From assembly GCA_963713925.1 (NCBI GenBank), contig OY970212.1:1212274-1276273 (forward strand): a stretch of DNA of 64,000 bases, in the 5' to 3' direction. Below, piece after piece: positions 10,126 through 19,659 of the stretch. Below the pieces are notes generated by a model. It made no database searches. It had not been told where the DNA came from and saw only the letters and a list, made by a program, of their open reading frames with translations. A program made the position numbers and the translations under genes. Origin of the DNA: an uncultured bacterium. GTDB lineage: Bacteria; Babelota; Babeliae; Babelales; Vermiphilaceae. Every line of letters starts with the position of its first letter. Within the stretch, counting starts at the first letter, position 1.

Positions 10126-10995
10126 ATGAATACGAGACATACTCCCCTTGTCGGAGCGCATATGTCCATTTCGGGTGGATTTGATCAGGCTATCAAAGAT
10201 GGCCACCAAATTGGATGTACCGCAATACAAATTTTCACCAAAAGCAATCGACAATGGGCAGCAAAGCCAATCGCAACTCAAGAGATTGAAGCATTTGAGA
10301 ATCAAAAAAAAGCATCTCAGATGCAACTCGTTGTTGCGCATGCAACCTATTTGATCAATTTAGCCTCTGAAAACAAAGAGGTTCGAGATAAATCCATGGA
10401 AGCTCTTGCGATTGAGTTGCAAAGGTGCGCCCTCCTTTCAATTCCTTACCTTGTACTCCATCCCGGATCGGGGGGAAAGCAAGCCGAAGCTCAAAGTATC
10501 GCGCATATCATCAATGGATTGAACGTAGCCTTTAATGCATCAAAAACAGAATCAGTTACCATTTTGCTTGAAACCATGGCTGGCCAAGGCTCAAGCATCG
10601 GCTCACAATTTGAACAAATTGCGACCATTTCCCAAAAAAGTGAATATAAAAACAACATCGGGACCTGCGTTGACACCTGCCATATATTTGCAGCCGGCTA
10701 CGATTTTCGAACCCCCGAAACCTATAAAGCAACATGGGATTTATTCAATGCAACCATTGGGCTATCAACCCTGAAAGTCATCCATTGCAACGATTCAAAA
10801 AAAGAGCTGGGTTCTCACGTAGATCGACATGAAGATATCGGCAAAGGCAAAATTGGCCTTGAGGGATTTGCTCACATTATGAATGATAAGCGATTTGATC
10901 ATGTGGCAAAAATTGCCGAAACCCCTAAAGACGAAGCGCATCCACTCAAGGATGATGAACGTAATGTTGAGACTCTAAAAAGCCTTATAAAGTAA
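10126..10995 (+). CDS. nfo: endonuclease IV
   Basis: Nfo blocks HMSISGGF, AIQIFTKSNRQW, VLHPGS, LETMAGQGS, CVDTCHIFAAGYD and HCNDSK...GSHVDRHEDIGKGKIG. The ATG is at 10126. The track start at 10123 is a TTG. Confidence 0.9.
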   Translation: MNTRHTPLVGAHMSISGGFDQAIKDGHQIGCTAIQIFTKSNRQWAAKPIATQEIEAFENQKKASQMQLVVAHATYLINLASENKEVRDKSMEALAIELQRCALLSIPYLVLHPGSGGKQAEAQSIAHIINGLNVAFNASKTESVTILLETMAGQGSSIGSQFEQIATISQKSEYKNNIGTCVDTCHIFAAGYDFRTPETYKATWDLFNATIGLSTLKVIHCNDSKKELGSHVDRHEDIGKGKIGLEGFAHIMNDKRFDHVAKIAETPKDEAHPLKDDERNVETLKSLIK

Positions 10996-11692
10996 AAAAG
11001 CTCGGAACTCCGGGCTCTGGCAATCATTTTCTATTTTTATTTTGGGGTCCCCGGTCGGAATATAATGAAGACTGGGGTCAGAATACGAGTAAGTAATAGA
11101 CGACAAACTCAAGGAAGCTATAGAGCTAAGAAGGAATTGTAGCCAAACTTAAGTTCTATCATCTATTACTTTCTCAAAAGCAGTGCTATGCAACCATACA
11201 ACTCAGAAGGAGTGTATTTCTAGTTCATAAGCGAGGACAAGTTTGAATCAAAAACAACAAAAAACAATAAACTTATTTAAACAAAAAAAGCAACAACAAA
11301 ATAACACCGTAAAATAAGGATTTTTTAAGAAAATGGCTTATTTTTTTTAAAAAGCAACAACATTTGCAACATGTCGAATTCAGATCATTTACAAAACCCC
11401 GAAGACAAAAGGCTTTTACCAACATTACGTTACGCTGCATCTGAGGCCCTACTTTCGAAATTACCATTGAACTTTGAACAAATAATGCGTTGCCTAAAGT
11501 GGAATAGCAGAGATTTTGGGTATAAACTAGTTAAAAATCCACCAACAGTCTGGATGACTCTGGCTCGACCCTCGAAGCTTGGGCGCAAATGCGGGGTCCC
11601 ATATGAAGAGTAGTGTAGTATGGGTTGAAATGAAGCTTACGCTAAATTTAGGTAAAAGACTGGGCGAGACAAGCATTTTTTAGAGATTCATC

Positions 11693-12355
11693 GTGAACAT
11701 AATAAAAAAAGAACAGCTTCTTCCCCTTGTTGCAAAATATCTTCCAAGCAACCCGGTTATTATAGAAGCGGGAGCCTTTAATGGCTCAGACACTAAACGC
11801 CTCGCAGAATTTTGGCCCATGGGAACAATCCATGCCTTTGAGCCGGTTCCCAATATCTTTCAGTTGCTTACAGAAAATACCGCCAACTACTCCAATGTCC
11901 ATCGCCACAATTATGCATTGAGCTCCCATGATGGGCAGGCGCTTTTTTATGTTTCAGAAAAGCCAAGTCGACCTGGAAAACCTTTTCAAGCCGGATCGCT
12001 GCACAAGCCAAAGGAGCGGTTGAACCTCTCTGATGCACGCTACCCTCACCAAATAACGGTTCCAACAGTCACGCTGGATACCTGGGCCCGGGAACATAAT
12101 GTTGCACATATCGATTTTTTATGGCTTGATGCGCAGGGCCACGAGCTTGAAATTGTAAAAGCTGCGCCGAACATGCTCTCTACAGTTCGCGCACTATGGA
12201 TGGAAGTACAATTTATTGATGCGTACCACAACCAGCCTCGATACCCCGAAGTCGCACAATGGATTGAAGCCCAAGGATTTTCAATTGTTGCGCAAGATTT
12301 TAAGAATGAAACAGATTGGTTTTTTGGCAACATTTTATGCCTGCGTCGTCCTTGA
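11693..12355 (+). CDS. FkbM-family methyltransferase
   Basis: IIEAGAFNGSDT, a SAM-binding Gly motif in the FkbM style. HAFEPVPN and FLWLDAQGHELEIVKGA-like blocks are present. GTG start with no in-frame ATG nearby. Confidence 0.7.
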   Translation: MNIIKKEQLLPLVAKYLPSNPVIIEAGAFNGSDTKRLAEFWPMGTIHAFEPVPNIFQLLTENTANYSNVHRHNYALSSHDGQALFYVSEKPSRPGKPFQAGSLHKPKERLNLSDARYPHQITVPTVTLDTWAREHNVAHIDFLWLDAQGHELEIVKAAPNMLSTVRALWMEVQFIDAYHNQPRYPEVAQWIEAQGFSIVAQDFKNETDWFFGNILCLRRP

Positions 12356-12375
12356 CTCAGGGCTGTCTTACTTTA

Positions 12376-12805
12376 ATACCCATTCGAATTCTTCGACTAA
12401 CGCTTATACCCCAATTTTTTACCCATACTTCGCGAGCTTCGTATGGGCCCAGTTTCGCTTACGCTGCATTGGGGACCCCGAAACCACGAACGGGCCCCGC
12501 GCGTGAGCGTGGGTGAAAACGGGCTTTGTGCCTTTGAGTAGATTAATTTTTTTATTTTTTTGCGTTCGTGGGGTCCCCGATCGTAACGTCAGTGTAGATT
12601 GGGGTTATCATGGTGAGCGTAGCATAATTTTGGGGTCCCCGATGAAGGGTCCCATGCGTAAGTGCAACGTAAGCATGGGTAAATGGAGCGTAAGCGAAAT
12701 TGGGCCCCATACGAAGTTTGCGAAGTATGGGTAAAAATTGGGGCAATAGCGAAATCATGGGCCCCATGCGTAAGCAATGGGTGAAAATCGAACCATACGA
12801 ACTAA
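12376..12805. repeat. dense patch of degenerate family-1 hairpin modules
   Basis: At least six consecutive hairpin units. Examples: ACCCATACTTCG..CGAAGTATGGGCCC, GGGTCCCATGCGTAAG..AAGCATGGGTAAA, GGGCCCCATACGAAG..CGAAGTATGGGTAAAAA and GGGCCCCATGCGTAAGCAATGGGTGAAAATCGAACCATACGAAC. There is also a GTCCCCGATCGTAACG..GTGTAGATTGGGGTTA unit, as at 19785-19815. Confidence 0.8.
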
Positions 12806-12949
12806 GATCAACAGGCTAGTTAGATCCTTAATCGCTATTCTTGTCTTCAGGCAATATATCAATTACAATTGCACTACATTGCATCAATTCTAAAAATCAC
12901 GTGATCCATCACAACTGTTGACTTCATCAAACCTACAACGGGGAACCGA

Positions 12950-13714
12950 ATGAATAAAAACACAGCCTTTCTGCTCTTTTTTTTAGCCCTCAGTGGTCTT
13001 TTCTTATGGAAAAGCACCCTACAAAGAAAATCTTCTCCTTTGGAAGACCCACGTTTATTAATTGTCGGCACAAATACCGATTTTCGCCCTTTCAGCTTCA
13101 TTGAAAATAATGAAATTGTCGGTTTTGATATCGATGTCATTAAAGAAGTTGCGCACCGCATAGACAAACAAATCATGATCAAGGATATGCCATTTGATAG
13201 CCTAATGATCGAATGCATTAAAGGCTACATTCAAGTGATTGCCGCAGGGGTTACCGCAACTCCTGAACGCGCAAAAAAAGTGTTGTTTACAACGCCATAT
13301 ATAAATAATGATGCTTTATACATCGTTACACTTGCAAACAATGCTCCTATCAATTCCGAAAAAGGTCTTATTGGCAAGCGCGTGATCGTCAATGACGGAT
13401 TTACTGCCGATTCGTATATGGCAAAGAAGGAAGGAGTTGAGCTGTTACGAATTCCGACCGTTCTTGATGCTATGAGCTCACTTCGTTTAGGGCGCGCTGA
13501 TGCATATGTCACTGCCATGAATCCGGTCAAGCGTTATTTTGATACCGCTCAAAACGAATACCGCTTTGTAAAAATAGAAGGATCAGAAGAAAATTGCTCA
13601 TTGGCTGTGTGCCCACAATCAAAAGAATTATTTGAAAAAATTGAACAAGCAATTCAGACAATGATTAAGGATGGAACCATAGATACGTTTAAGAAAAAAT
13701 GGGATATAGTATGA
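12950..13714 (+). CDS. amino-acid ABC transporter, periplasmic substrate-binding protein
   Basis: Signal/TM segment, then family-3 SBP pattern (LLIVGTNTDFRPFSF..NNEIVGFDIDV, ADAYVTAMNP). First gene of an overlapping three-gene ABC operon. Confidence 0.85.
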   Translation: MNKNTAFLLFFLALSGLFLWKSTLQRKSSPLEDPRLLIVGTNTDFRPFSFIENNEIVGFDIDVIKEVAHRIDKQIMIKDMPFDSLMIECIKGYIQVIAAGVTATPERAKKVLFTTPYINNDALYIVTLANNAPINSEKGLIGKRVIVNDGFTADSYMAKKEGVELLRIPTVLDAMSSLRLGRADAYVTAMNPVKRYFDTAQNEYRFVKIEGSEENCSLAVCPQSKELFEKIEQAIQTMIKDGTIDTFKKKWDIV

Positions 13715-14370
13715 TTGATATCAATTTATTTTTACAATCATTGCCCGATTTGTTGCGAGGCACGGTTGTAACTTTACAAATTGCCGTCTTAAGCTGTTTG
13801 ATTGGCATTACTCTTGGCACCCTCTTTGGGCTTTTGCAAGCGCGTGGCGGCTCAGTTGCTCGTTCATTGATTACCTTATATGTAACTATTGTGCGCGGCA
13901 CACCCATGCTTATTCAAATATTTATCGTGACCTATCTTCTGCCTGAGATCGGCATAAAGCTTCCTCCCTTTTGGGCTGCAATAATTGCAATCGGATGTAA
14001 TAGTGCTGCGTACGTCAGCCAAATTATTCGATCCGGCATTGCGTCGATTGCAACAGGACAAATTGAAGCTGCCAAAGTTTTGGGATTTAGTCCGCTGCAA
14101 ACCATTTACTATATTATTTTACCGCAAGCCGTTACCAATGTTCTTCCTTCGATCGGCAACGAACTTGTTACACTTATAAAAGATTCAAGCTTGGCATCGG
14201 TCATCGGCGTTGTGGAATTGACAAAGGAAGGATCTATTTTACGAAGCAGAACGTATGATGTGTTCACAAGTTTTGCAGCTGTTGGTCTTATTTATTTGGT
14301 CATTACCTCGCTCATCTCATATGCTATCAATCATCTTGAGAAAAGGATGAATATTCATGCTCAGCATTAA
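13699..14370 (+). CDS. amino-acid ABC transporter permease
   Basis: HisM/GlnP-type permease with EAA loop IEAAKVLGFSPLQTIYYIILPQA. Overlaps the upstream gene by 16 nt. Confidence 0.9.
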   Translation: MGYSMIDINLFLQSLPDLLRGTVVTLQIAVLSCLIGITLGTLFGLLQARGGSVARSLITLYVTIVRGTPMLIQIFIVTYLLPEIGIKLPPFWAAIIAIGCNSAAYVSQIIRSGIASIATGQIEAAKVLGFSPLQTIYYIILPQAVTNVLPSIGNELVTLIKDSSLASVIGVVELTKEGSILRSRTYDVFTSFAAVGLIYLVITSLISYAINHLEKRMNIHAQH

Positions 14371-15100
14371 AAAGCTCTCAAAGAAATTTGGTTCTAAAAC
14401 AATCTTGAATGATATTTCTTTTTCAGTCCGCCCAGGAGAAATTGCAGCATTCTTGGGAGCCTCAGGCGTTGGTAAATCAACTCTTTTGCGCATCTTGAAT
14501 AATCTTGAAACCTATGATCAAGGATCAATAGAACTTGATGGCAAACAACTGAATCTCGAGACAGTGAACAGCCGACACACGGTTGGAATGGTGTTTCAGC
14601 ATTTTAATCTGTTTATTAATATGAGCGTGCAACGCAACATCACGCTTCCTCTTGAGAAAACTGCCGGATATAGCCATGAAGATGCCGTAAAAGTGGCTGA
14701 TGCGCTTCTGGCAAAATATGGATTAATCAAATTAAAAGATGCTTACGTAAGCCAACTATCCGGTGGGCAAAAGCAGCGACTTGCCATTGTGCGAAGCATT
14801 GCTTTAAAACCACGCATTATTTGCTTTGATGAGCCAACGTCAGCACTTGATCCTATGCTCACGACTCAAATAGCTCAATTGATTTCTGATCTTGCCAAAG
14901 AAGGATTTATTGTGCTTGTCGCAACACATGATACAACGTTGCTGGAAAAATTAGATTGCACCATGTATCTCATGAAAGATGGAGCCATCGTAGAATCAGC
15001 TCGGACAAAAGATTTTCAAAAGAATCCAACCGCATATTTCAAACTCAAAACATTCATCTTAGGAATATCAGAAGATGATGGCTTGACAGTAACAAAATAG
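14357..15100 (+). CDS. amino-acid ABC transporter ATP-binding protein
   Basis: Walker A GASGVGKST, signature LSGGQKQRLAIVRS and Walker B ICFDEPTSALD. Overlaps the permease gene by 14 nt. Confidence 0.9.
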   Translation: MLSIKKLSKKFGSKTILNDISFSVRPGEIAAFLGASGVGKSTLLRILNNLETYDQGSIELDGKQLNLETVNSRHTVGMVFQHFNLFINMSVQRNITLPLEKTAGYSHEDAVKVADALLAKYGLIKLKDAYVSQLSGGQKQRLAIVRSIALKPRIICFDEPTSALDPMLTTQIAQLISDLAKEGFIVLVATHDTTLLEKLDCTMYLMKDGAIVESARTKDFQKNPTAYFKLKTFILGISEDDGLTVTK

Positions 15101-15369
15101 GTTGTTACGATCATCCTCGGAAATGATTTTTTTGCCGTCGAGTCCCAAAACAAGCGCATGTAGTTCTGGGTTATACAATGTCCCTAAATGAACAATACAT
15201 CAAGTATTGTTCACCCCCCTAACCCTTCAGCATTTATTGTTGAAGGGATTTTTCTTATACCCCAGTTCCATTTTCTTCGAAGTTTAGCAGAATGTGTCAT
15301 TACACTGGGGGCCCCGCATAACAAAACAAAAATCGGAATTACTTTAGACTTCAGAAATTAAAAAAAAGA

Positions 15370-15461
15370 AAAAATCTGCTCTCCGTTTTTACCCATGCTT
15401 TCGCATGGGGCCCTCTTCCGTTCATGGTGAGCGGAGTGAAACGAAGTCGAACCATTCGAAC
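15370..15461 (-). repeat. family-1 modular hairpin repeat, single arm
   Basis: AAAAAATCTGCTCTCCGTTTTTACCCATGCTTTCGCATGGGGCCC...GGTGAGCGGAGTGAAACGAAGTCGAACCATTCGAAC. This is the reverse complement of the 7808-7891 copy. Confidence 0.85.
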
Positions 15462-15480
15462 TTTTTTTTATTTATACGCG

Positions 15481-15987
15481 TTATGATTTTATTGTCACAC
15501 AGGAAAGTGCGACTGAAGCTTGATATGATTCTTGTCCAGCAGAAAGCTGCAATGAATCAACGGTACACAAAATCGTGTTGGTAATTGAATCTAAAAATTG
15601 CGCGATGTCTTCAAACTCGCCTTCCATTTTCAGAAGAACGGTTGCTTTTGTCAGATATTGTTGCTCAGAACAGTTTTGAATAGAGCATTCGGTAAGCTTT
15701 ACATCATATTCACTTGCACGATCTGCCAGAGCGATCAGTTTGTCTCGCGTAAATGATTGTGCATGTGCCTGCGCCAACAGCGCTTCTTGTTCCGCACTGG
15801 GACCCGGTTTTATTTCATGGGTATTGTGCATAGCAACCGGAACATCGCGGTTAAACAAGAATGGACTGATGCAAAAACGATATTGCACGTATGCTGCAAC
15901 AAGAAACAAAAAGAAGAAATACCACGAATGGTATTTCTTCTTTTCTTTTTTAAAAAAACGATATTCTCCGGAAATAGTGTGCTTCAT
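15481..15987 (-). CDS. bitopic membrane protein, tentative PilO/GspM-like
   Basis: One TM helix (WYFFFLFLVAAYVQYRF). The C-terminal pattern ...ATVLLKMEGEFEDIAQFLDSITNTILCTVDSLQL... resembles the ferredoxin-like domain of PilO/GspM. Pattern resemblance only. Confidence 0.4.
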   Translation of the reverse strand: MKHTISGEYRFFKKEKKKYHSWYFFFLFLVAAYVQYRFCISPFLFNRDVPVAMHNTHEIKPGPSAEQEALLAQAHAQSFTRDKLIALADRASEYDVKLTECSIQNCSEQQYLTKATVLLKMEGEFEDIAQFLDSITNTILCTVDSLQLSAGQESYQASVALSCVTIKS

Positions 15988-16194
15988 AATTTCCTTTTTT
16001 CTCCAAACATTTTTTTAATTCCAAAGCGCCTTGTCGCGCCATAACTCAAAGAGCGGAGGCGGAGGTTTTTTTACGAGTCCCAATCGGAATGATACTTCGT
16101 CGTTATACTTCGAAGTAGTGTAGATTGGGTTACCGGGGCCCCCAGTATAGCAACACTCCCGAGGTCAAACTTCGTAGTTGCGTGACTGGGGTAA

Positions 16195-17394
16195 TTAGAA
16201 TGTTTGCTTCGTCCACTGCATTGGATCTACTGCAATATTATTCACGCGCAGCTCCCAATGTAAATGGTATCCGGTTGCGTAGCCTGTTTTGCCCAGAGTT
16301 CCGATAGGATTTCCTTTTGACACTTTTTGTCCGACTTGAATATCGGCAAAATCTTCAAGATGGAAGAACAGAGAAAGTACGCCGCATCCATGATCTATCA
16401 CCACCGTGTTCCCGCTATGCGCGTAACGCTCTTTGAGCGCAACTACACCGTCTTGTGTTGCCCACACAACACTTCGCGGAGCATTAATCACATCGAGCGC
16501 CTTGTGCATGTAGCGCCCTTTTTCTTGAGTTGTGCGAATCGTGCCAAAGTCGCAGGTAATTCTTTCTATATCAATGGGAGCACAGAACGACCCTCTCCAT
16601 AGCTTTTCGTTCGGCGATGCTTGCGCTAACTGACCAAGCGCAATCTCAAGATCATTCATAGCAAGACCGACTTCTTTTTCTCTTTTGATCGTTTCCGGAT
16701 TAAATGTTAAATTTTGCTGTTTTTTGAACGGATACCCTACAATTTGAAACTTGCTTTCCAGTTGCAGCTTATTACCAACAGCGTCAAACCCATCAATGCT
16801 GAACAGATATTCATTTGGAGTTTCTTCGCACGCAATCGGAATAAAACACTCATATATAAATGACTTAGCCGATTCTCTCACGCATGGGTAACTTGCGGCC
16901 AAGGCATGCGCGCACACATTTTTAAGTTCTTTGTTTGCCTGAAACTGAATGTGCAGCGTTCTGCCTTGAAATACTTTAAATTCACTCTCCGTTTTAACAA
17001 ATGCTGCTTGCAGAGGCACATTATCAACGTGGAATGATTTTTCAAACACTACTTTATTTTTTCTATAACTTCCGTCACAAAAATCAATTTTGAGAGCATG
17101 TTTGCCATTGCCCATTGTTTTGGTTGGAATCGTGAATGGATGATTTGGGTAACGACTATTCAACTTAAAATCAGTAATGAGCGGCTGATCATCTAAATAC
17201 AATGATAAATTGCCGGTTTTTGATGTAGAAACCTGACACGTTATGTCACCAGAATACCATTTATTATCATCAAGGCCGGCCATGGAAAGTTGAGGCATCG
17301 TTTTGTCAAAAAAATACCGATAGCCGGTATATCCAACCCAACCGACGGCTGCTAATGTCGCAATAGTTACTAAATAACGCATTTTGAAAAGCAT
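16195..17394 (-). CDS. M23-family metallopeptidase
   Basis: N-terminal TM anchor. C-terminal LytM/M23 motifs HKALDV, VVIDHGCGVLSLFFHL and GKTGYATGYHLHWELRVNN. Confidence 0.85.
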   Translation of the reverse strand: MLFKMRYLVTIATLAAVGWVGYTGYRYFFDKTMPQLSMAGLDDNKWYSGDITCQVSTSKTGNLSLYLDDQPLITDFKLNSRYPNHPFTIPTKTMGNGKHALKIDFCDGSYRKNKVVFEKSFHVDNVPLQAAFVKTESEFKVFQGRTLHIQFQANKELKNVCAHALAASYPCVRESAKSFIYECFIPIACEETPNEYLFSIDGFDAVGNKLQLESKFQIVGYPFKKQQNLTFNPETIKREKEVGLAMNDLEIALGQLAQASPNEKLWRGSFCAPIDIERITCDFGTIRTTQEKGRYMHKALDVINAPRSVVWATQDGVVALKERYAHSGNTVVIDHGCGVLSLFFHLEDFADIQVGQKVSKGNPIGTLGKTGYATGYHLHWELRVNNIAVDPMQWTKQTF

Positions 17395-17543
17395 AGGTGC
17401 TCCAGAAATTCGATCTAAATAAAAGGAGAATTTTTAACCTCTCTAATATAGAACTTTTTCTCAAGCAGGTAAATGAGCTTTTCAGAAGAAAAAAAAGACG
17501 AACAAATTACTCAGTGAATGTGTGTGAAAAGATCTCAAAATAA

Positions 17544-17573
17544 ATCGGGACCGACTTGAAAATCGATCCCGAT
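17544..17573 (-). terminator. hairpin terminator downstream of the 17597-18223 gene
   Basis: ATCGGGACCGA-N8-TCGATCCCGAT (11 bp, one mismatch). On the minus strand it is followed by TTATTTTGAG. Confidence 0.55.
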
Positions 17574-17596
17574 ATTTTGCAATTGAATGAATGAGA

Positions 17597-18223
17597 TTAT
17601 TTGGAAAACTGCTTCACAAATTCTTCAAATGGTATGGTCGTAATGCAATCATATCTATAAACACTGCCAAAATCACTTGTCTTCGCCACGCACTTCGTAT
17701 ACTTCCCTTCTGTGACAACAGTATAGCCTCCATTGATTCCTTTTTTTCCGGCCGTTACTTGTAAACCGCGTTTTTCCGGATTAAATGCTTCATTTGAAAT
17801 AACCAGGGTGCCATTCGCATTCCTATTATTCATAATGGTAGTTTTAATGGTTACGGGTTGAGTTCCTTTGCGATTTACCTCAAAATCCCAATCAGCGTAG
17901 TCCCAACTTTTTCTTGCTTTCTCAACAACGTCATAAGCGCTGTGGTGAATGGTTCCTTCAAAATTTTCATCCAATATCTTTGCCATATCTTTATGCTTGT
18001 GAGGGGCAAATAAACAATCTCCATAATGAAATTTTCGTTCTTTTTCCAACGAATGACAATCCAAATCAAACTTACATTTAAGCACTCTGGCAAAAAAACC
18101 CGTTGATTTGTAGAAACGATACAAATTATCGAAAGAACGCAATTTGTCTACAATTGGATCGCTTGCTTGAACTCCCATACCCAACATGATCAAAAGAGCT
18201 ACCACCATTAATTTTGTGTTCAT
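17597..18223 (-). CDS. hypothetical secreted protein
   Basis: 208 aa. Signal peptide MNTKLMVVALLIMLGMGVQA. Several Cys residues. No family recognised. Confidence 0.6.
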   Translation of the reverse strand: MNTKLMVVALLIMLGMGVQASDPIVDKLRSFDNLYRFYKSTGFFARVLKCKFDLDCHSLEKERKFHYGDCLFAPHKHKDMAKILDENFEGTIHHSAYDVVEKARKSWDYADWDFEVNRKGTQPVTIKTTIMNNRNANGTLVISNEAFNPEKRGLQVTAGKKGINGGYTVVTEGKYTKCVAKTSDFGSVYRYDCITTIPFEEFVKQFSK

Positions 18224-18395
18224 TTTTTTATCCTTTCATAATACAGACACAAATATTGCTTAATTACTATTAGAATAACACAAATGGGGGGGGTGTAAAG
18301 TGGGGGTACCCGAGAGCGACCCTCATCTCTAAGCCTGATTTTGAGGGATTTTGTAAAATCTGCTATACTAAAGGTATAAAAAATGAGGTTCCTTT

Positions 18396-19640
18396 ATGGA
18401 TTACAAACAATTTCCGGCTGGTCCGGGGGTCTATTTCTTCAAAACTGCAGAAGATATTATTATTTATGTTGGCAAGGCTACTTCCCTGCGAGAGCGGGTG
18501 CGTTCCTATTTCCAAAAGACTGACGATTGGAAGGTCAATTCCTTGATTGCCGAACATGCCTCCATCGACTTCATAGCCACCCTGACCGAGACTGAAGCAA
18601 GCATTCTGGAAGCTCAGCTTATTGCCAAATACCAGCCAAAATTCAATGTCTTGCTCAAAGATGGCCAGCCCTTTTTATATATTTTGTTTACCCAAGGGGC
18701 ATTGCCTGAGATGAAGCTTGTTCGTAACAAGAAAGCTAAGGGTAAATATTTCGGCCCATTTATTCAAAAAAGACCCGTTCGTGGTATGTTTGCCTTCTTG
18801 AAACACACGTTTAAACTCGATTTGTGTAACGTTAAAATGCAAAATGGATGCCTCCGATTTCATTTAGGCACCTGCGCCGGAAACTGCAAACCTGATTTTA
18901 ATCTTTCTGATTATCAGTTCAGACTTACCTTGGCAATGGCAGCATTATCAAATAACCAAGAAGAATTTAGAAGCTTAATTGATGAGCAAATCAAGCGCTA
19001 TACCAATTCGATGGAATTTGAAAAGGCGCGAACCATTCATGCGTATCAAACTGACGTGGAAAAAATATTCTATGCGATTAATGTGCGATACTCTGAAAAA
19101 AAATATGAACATGAGGTGATTCGAGTCACGGCACCACAAGAGCTTAAAAAAGATTTGTCATCAGTCGGGCGTGAACTTGCCCAGCTTTTACATCTGCCGC
19201 AAGAAATCCGCACCATAGATTGTTTTGATATCTCCCATTTTCAAAGTCAGTCGATTGTCGGCTCATGCGTTCGATTCACCGATGGAAAACCCGATAAAAA
19301 TAAGTTCAGGCGTTTTAAAATTCGTTCACTCGAAGAACAAAATGATTATGCTGCATTGCAAGAAATTGTGGCCCGACGATATAAGTCACTAGATGATATT
19401 CCTGATTTTGTATTGATCGATGGCGGTAAAGGACAATTAAATGCGGTAAAAGATTTAGTTCCAGCACGATTTGTCAGCTTGGCAAAACGAGAAGAGCGCT
19501 TATACCAACCGGGTGATCCGGATGGAATTAAGCTTGACGTGCACACTGGCATTGGAAGTCTTTTAATTGCGCTGCGTGACTATGCGCACCACTTTGCCAT
19601 TAGTTATCATAGAATGCGTCAAAGTAAAGCTTTGAAATAA
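18396..19640 (+). CDS. uvrC: excinuclease ABC subunit C, short form lacking the C-terminal (HhH)2 domain
   Basis: GIY-YIG block (GVYFFKTAEDIIIYVGKATSLRERVRSYF). UVR-like helix (MEFEKARTIHAYQ). Endonuclease-V-like block (IDCFDISHFQSQSIVGSCV...NDYAALQEIVARRY...LIDGGKGQLNA). The ORF stops at 414 aa. Confidence 0.8.
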   Translation: MDYKQFPAGPGVYFFKTAEDIIIYVGKATSLRERVRSYFQKTDDWKVNSLIAEHASIDFIATLTETEASILEAQLIAKYQPKFNVLLKDGQPFLYILFTQGALPEMKLVRNKKAKGKYFGPFIQKRPVRGMFAFLKHTFKLDLCNVKMQNGCLRFHLGTCAGNCKPDFNLSDYQFRLTLAMAALSNNQEEFRSLIDEQIKRYTNSMEFEKARTIHAYQTDVEKIFYAINVRYSEKKYEHEVIRVTAPQELKKDLSSVGRELAQLLHLPQEIRTIDCFDISHFQSQSIVGSCVRFTDGKPDKNKFRRFKIRSLEEQNDYAALQEIVARRYKSLDDIPDFVLIDGGKGQLNAVKDLVPARFVSLAKREERLYQPGDPDGIKLDVHTGIGSLLIALRDYAHHFAISYHRMRQSKALK

Positions 19641-19659
19641 AAAAATCCCCATATTTTGT

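Noticed and set aside
11041-11260. tmRNA-like start (GGGGTCCCC...) followed by an apparent short tag-like frame
   Set aside because: No T-arm/acceptor 3' end, no pseudoknot pattern and no credible resume codon or tag. GGGGTCCCCG is a recurrent repeat module, also seen at 12570 and 12632.
11371-11613. 80-aa ORF in the nfo-methyltransferase gap
   Set aside because: No RBS or family signal, and the C-terminal third runs into a repeat module. Kept only as context for the possible ncRNA region.
12376-12805. Possible CRISPR array (also considered for 59255-59570)
   Set aside because: The repeats are degenerate, irregularly spaced, in both orientations and individually palindromic with variable loops. 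No cas genes are present. They look like REP/MITE-type elements, not CRISPR.
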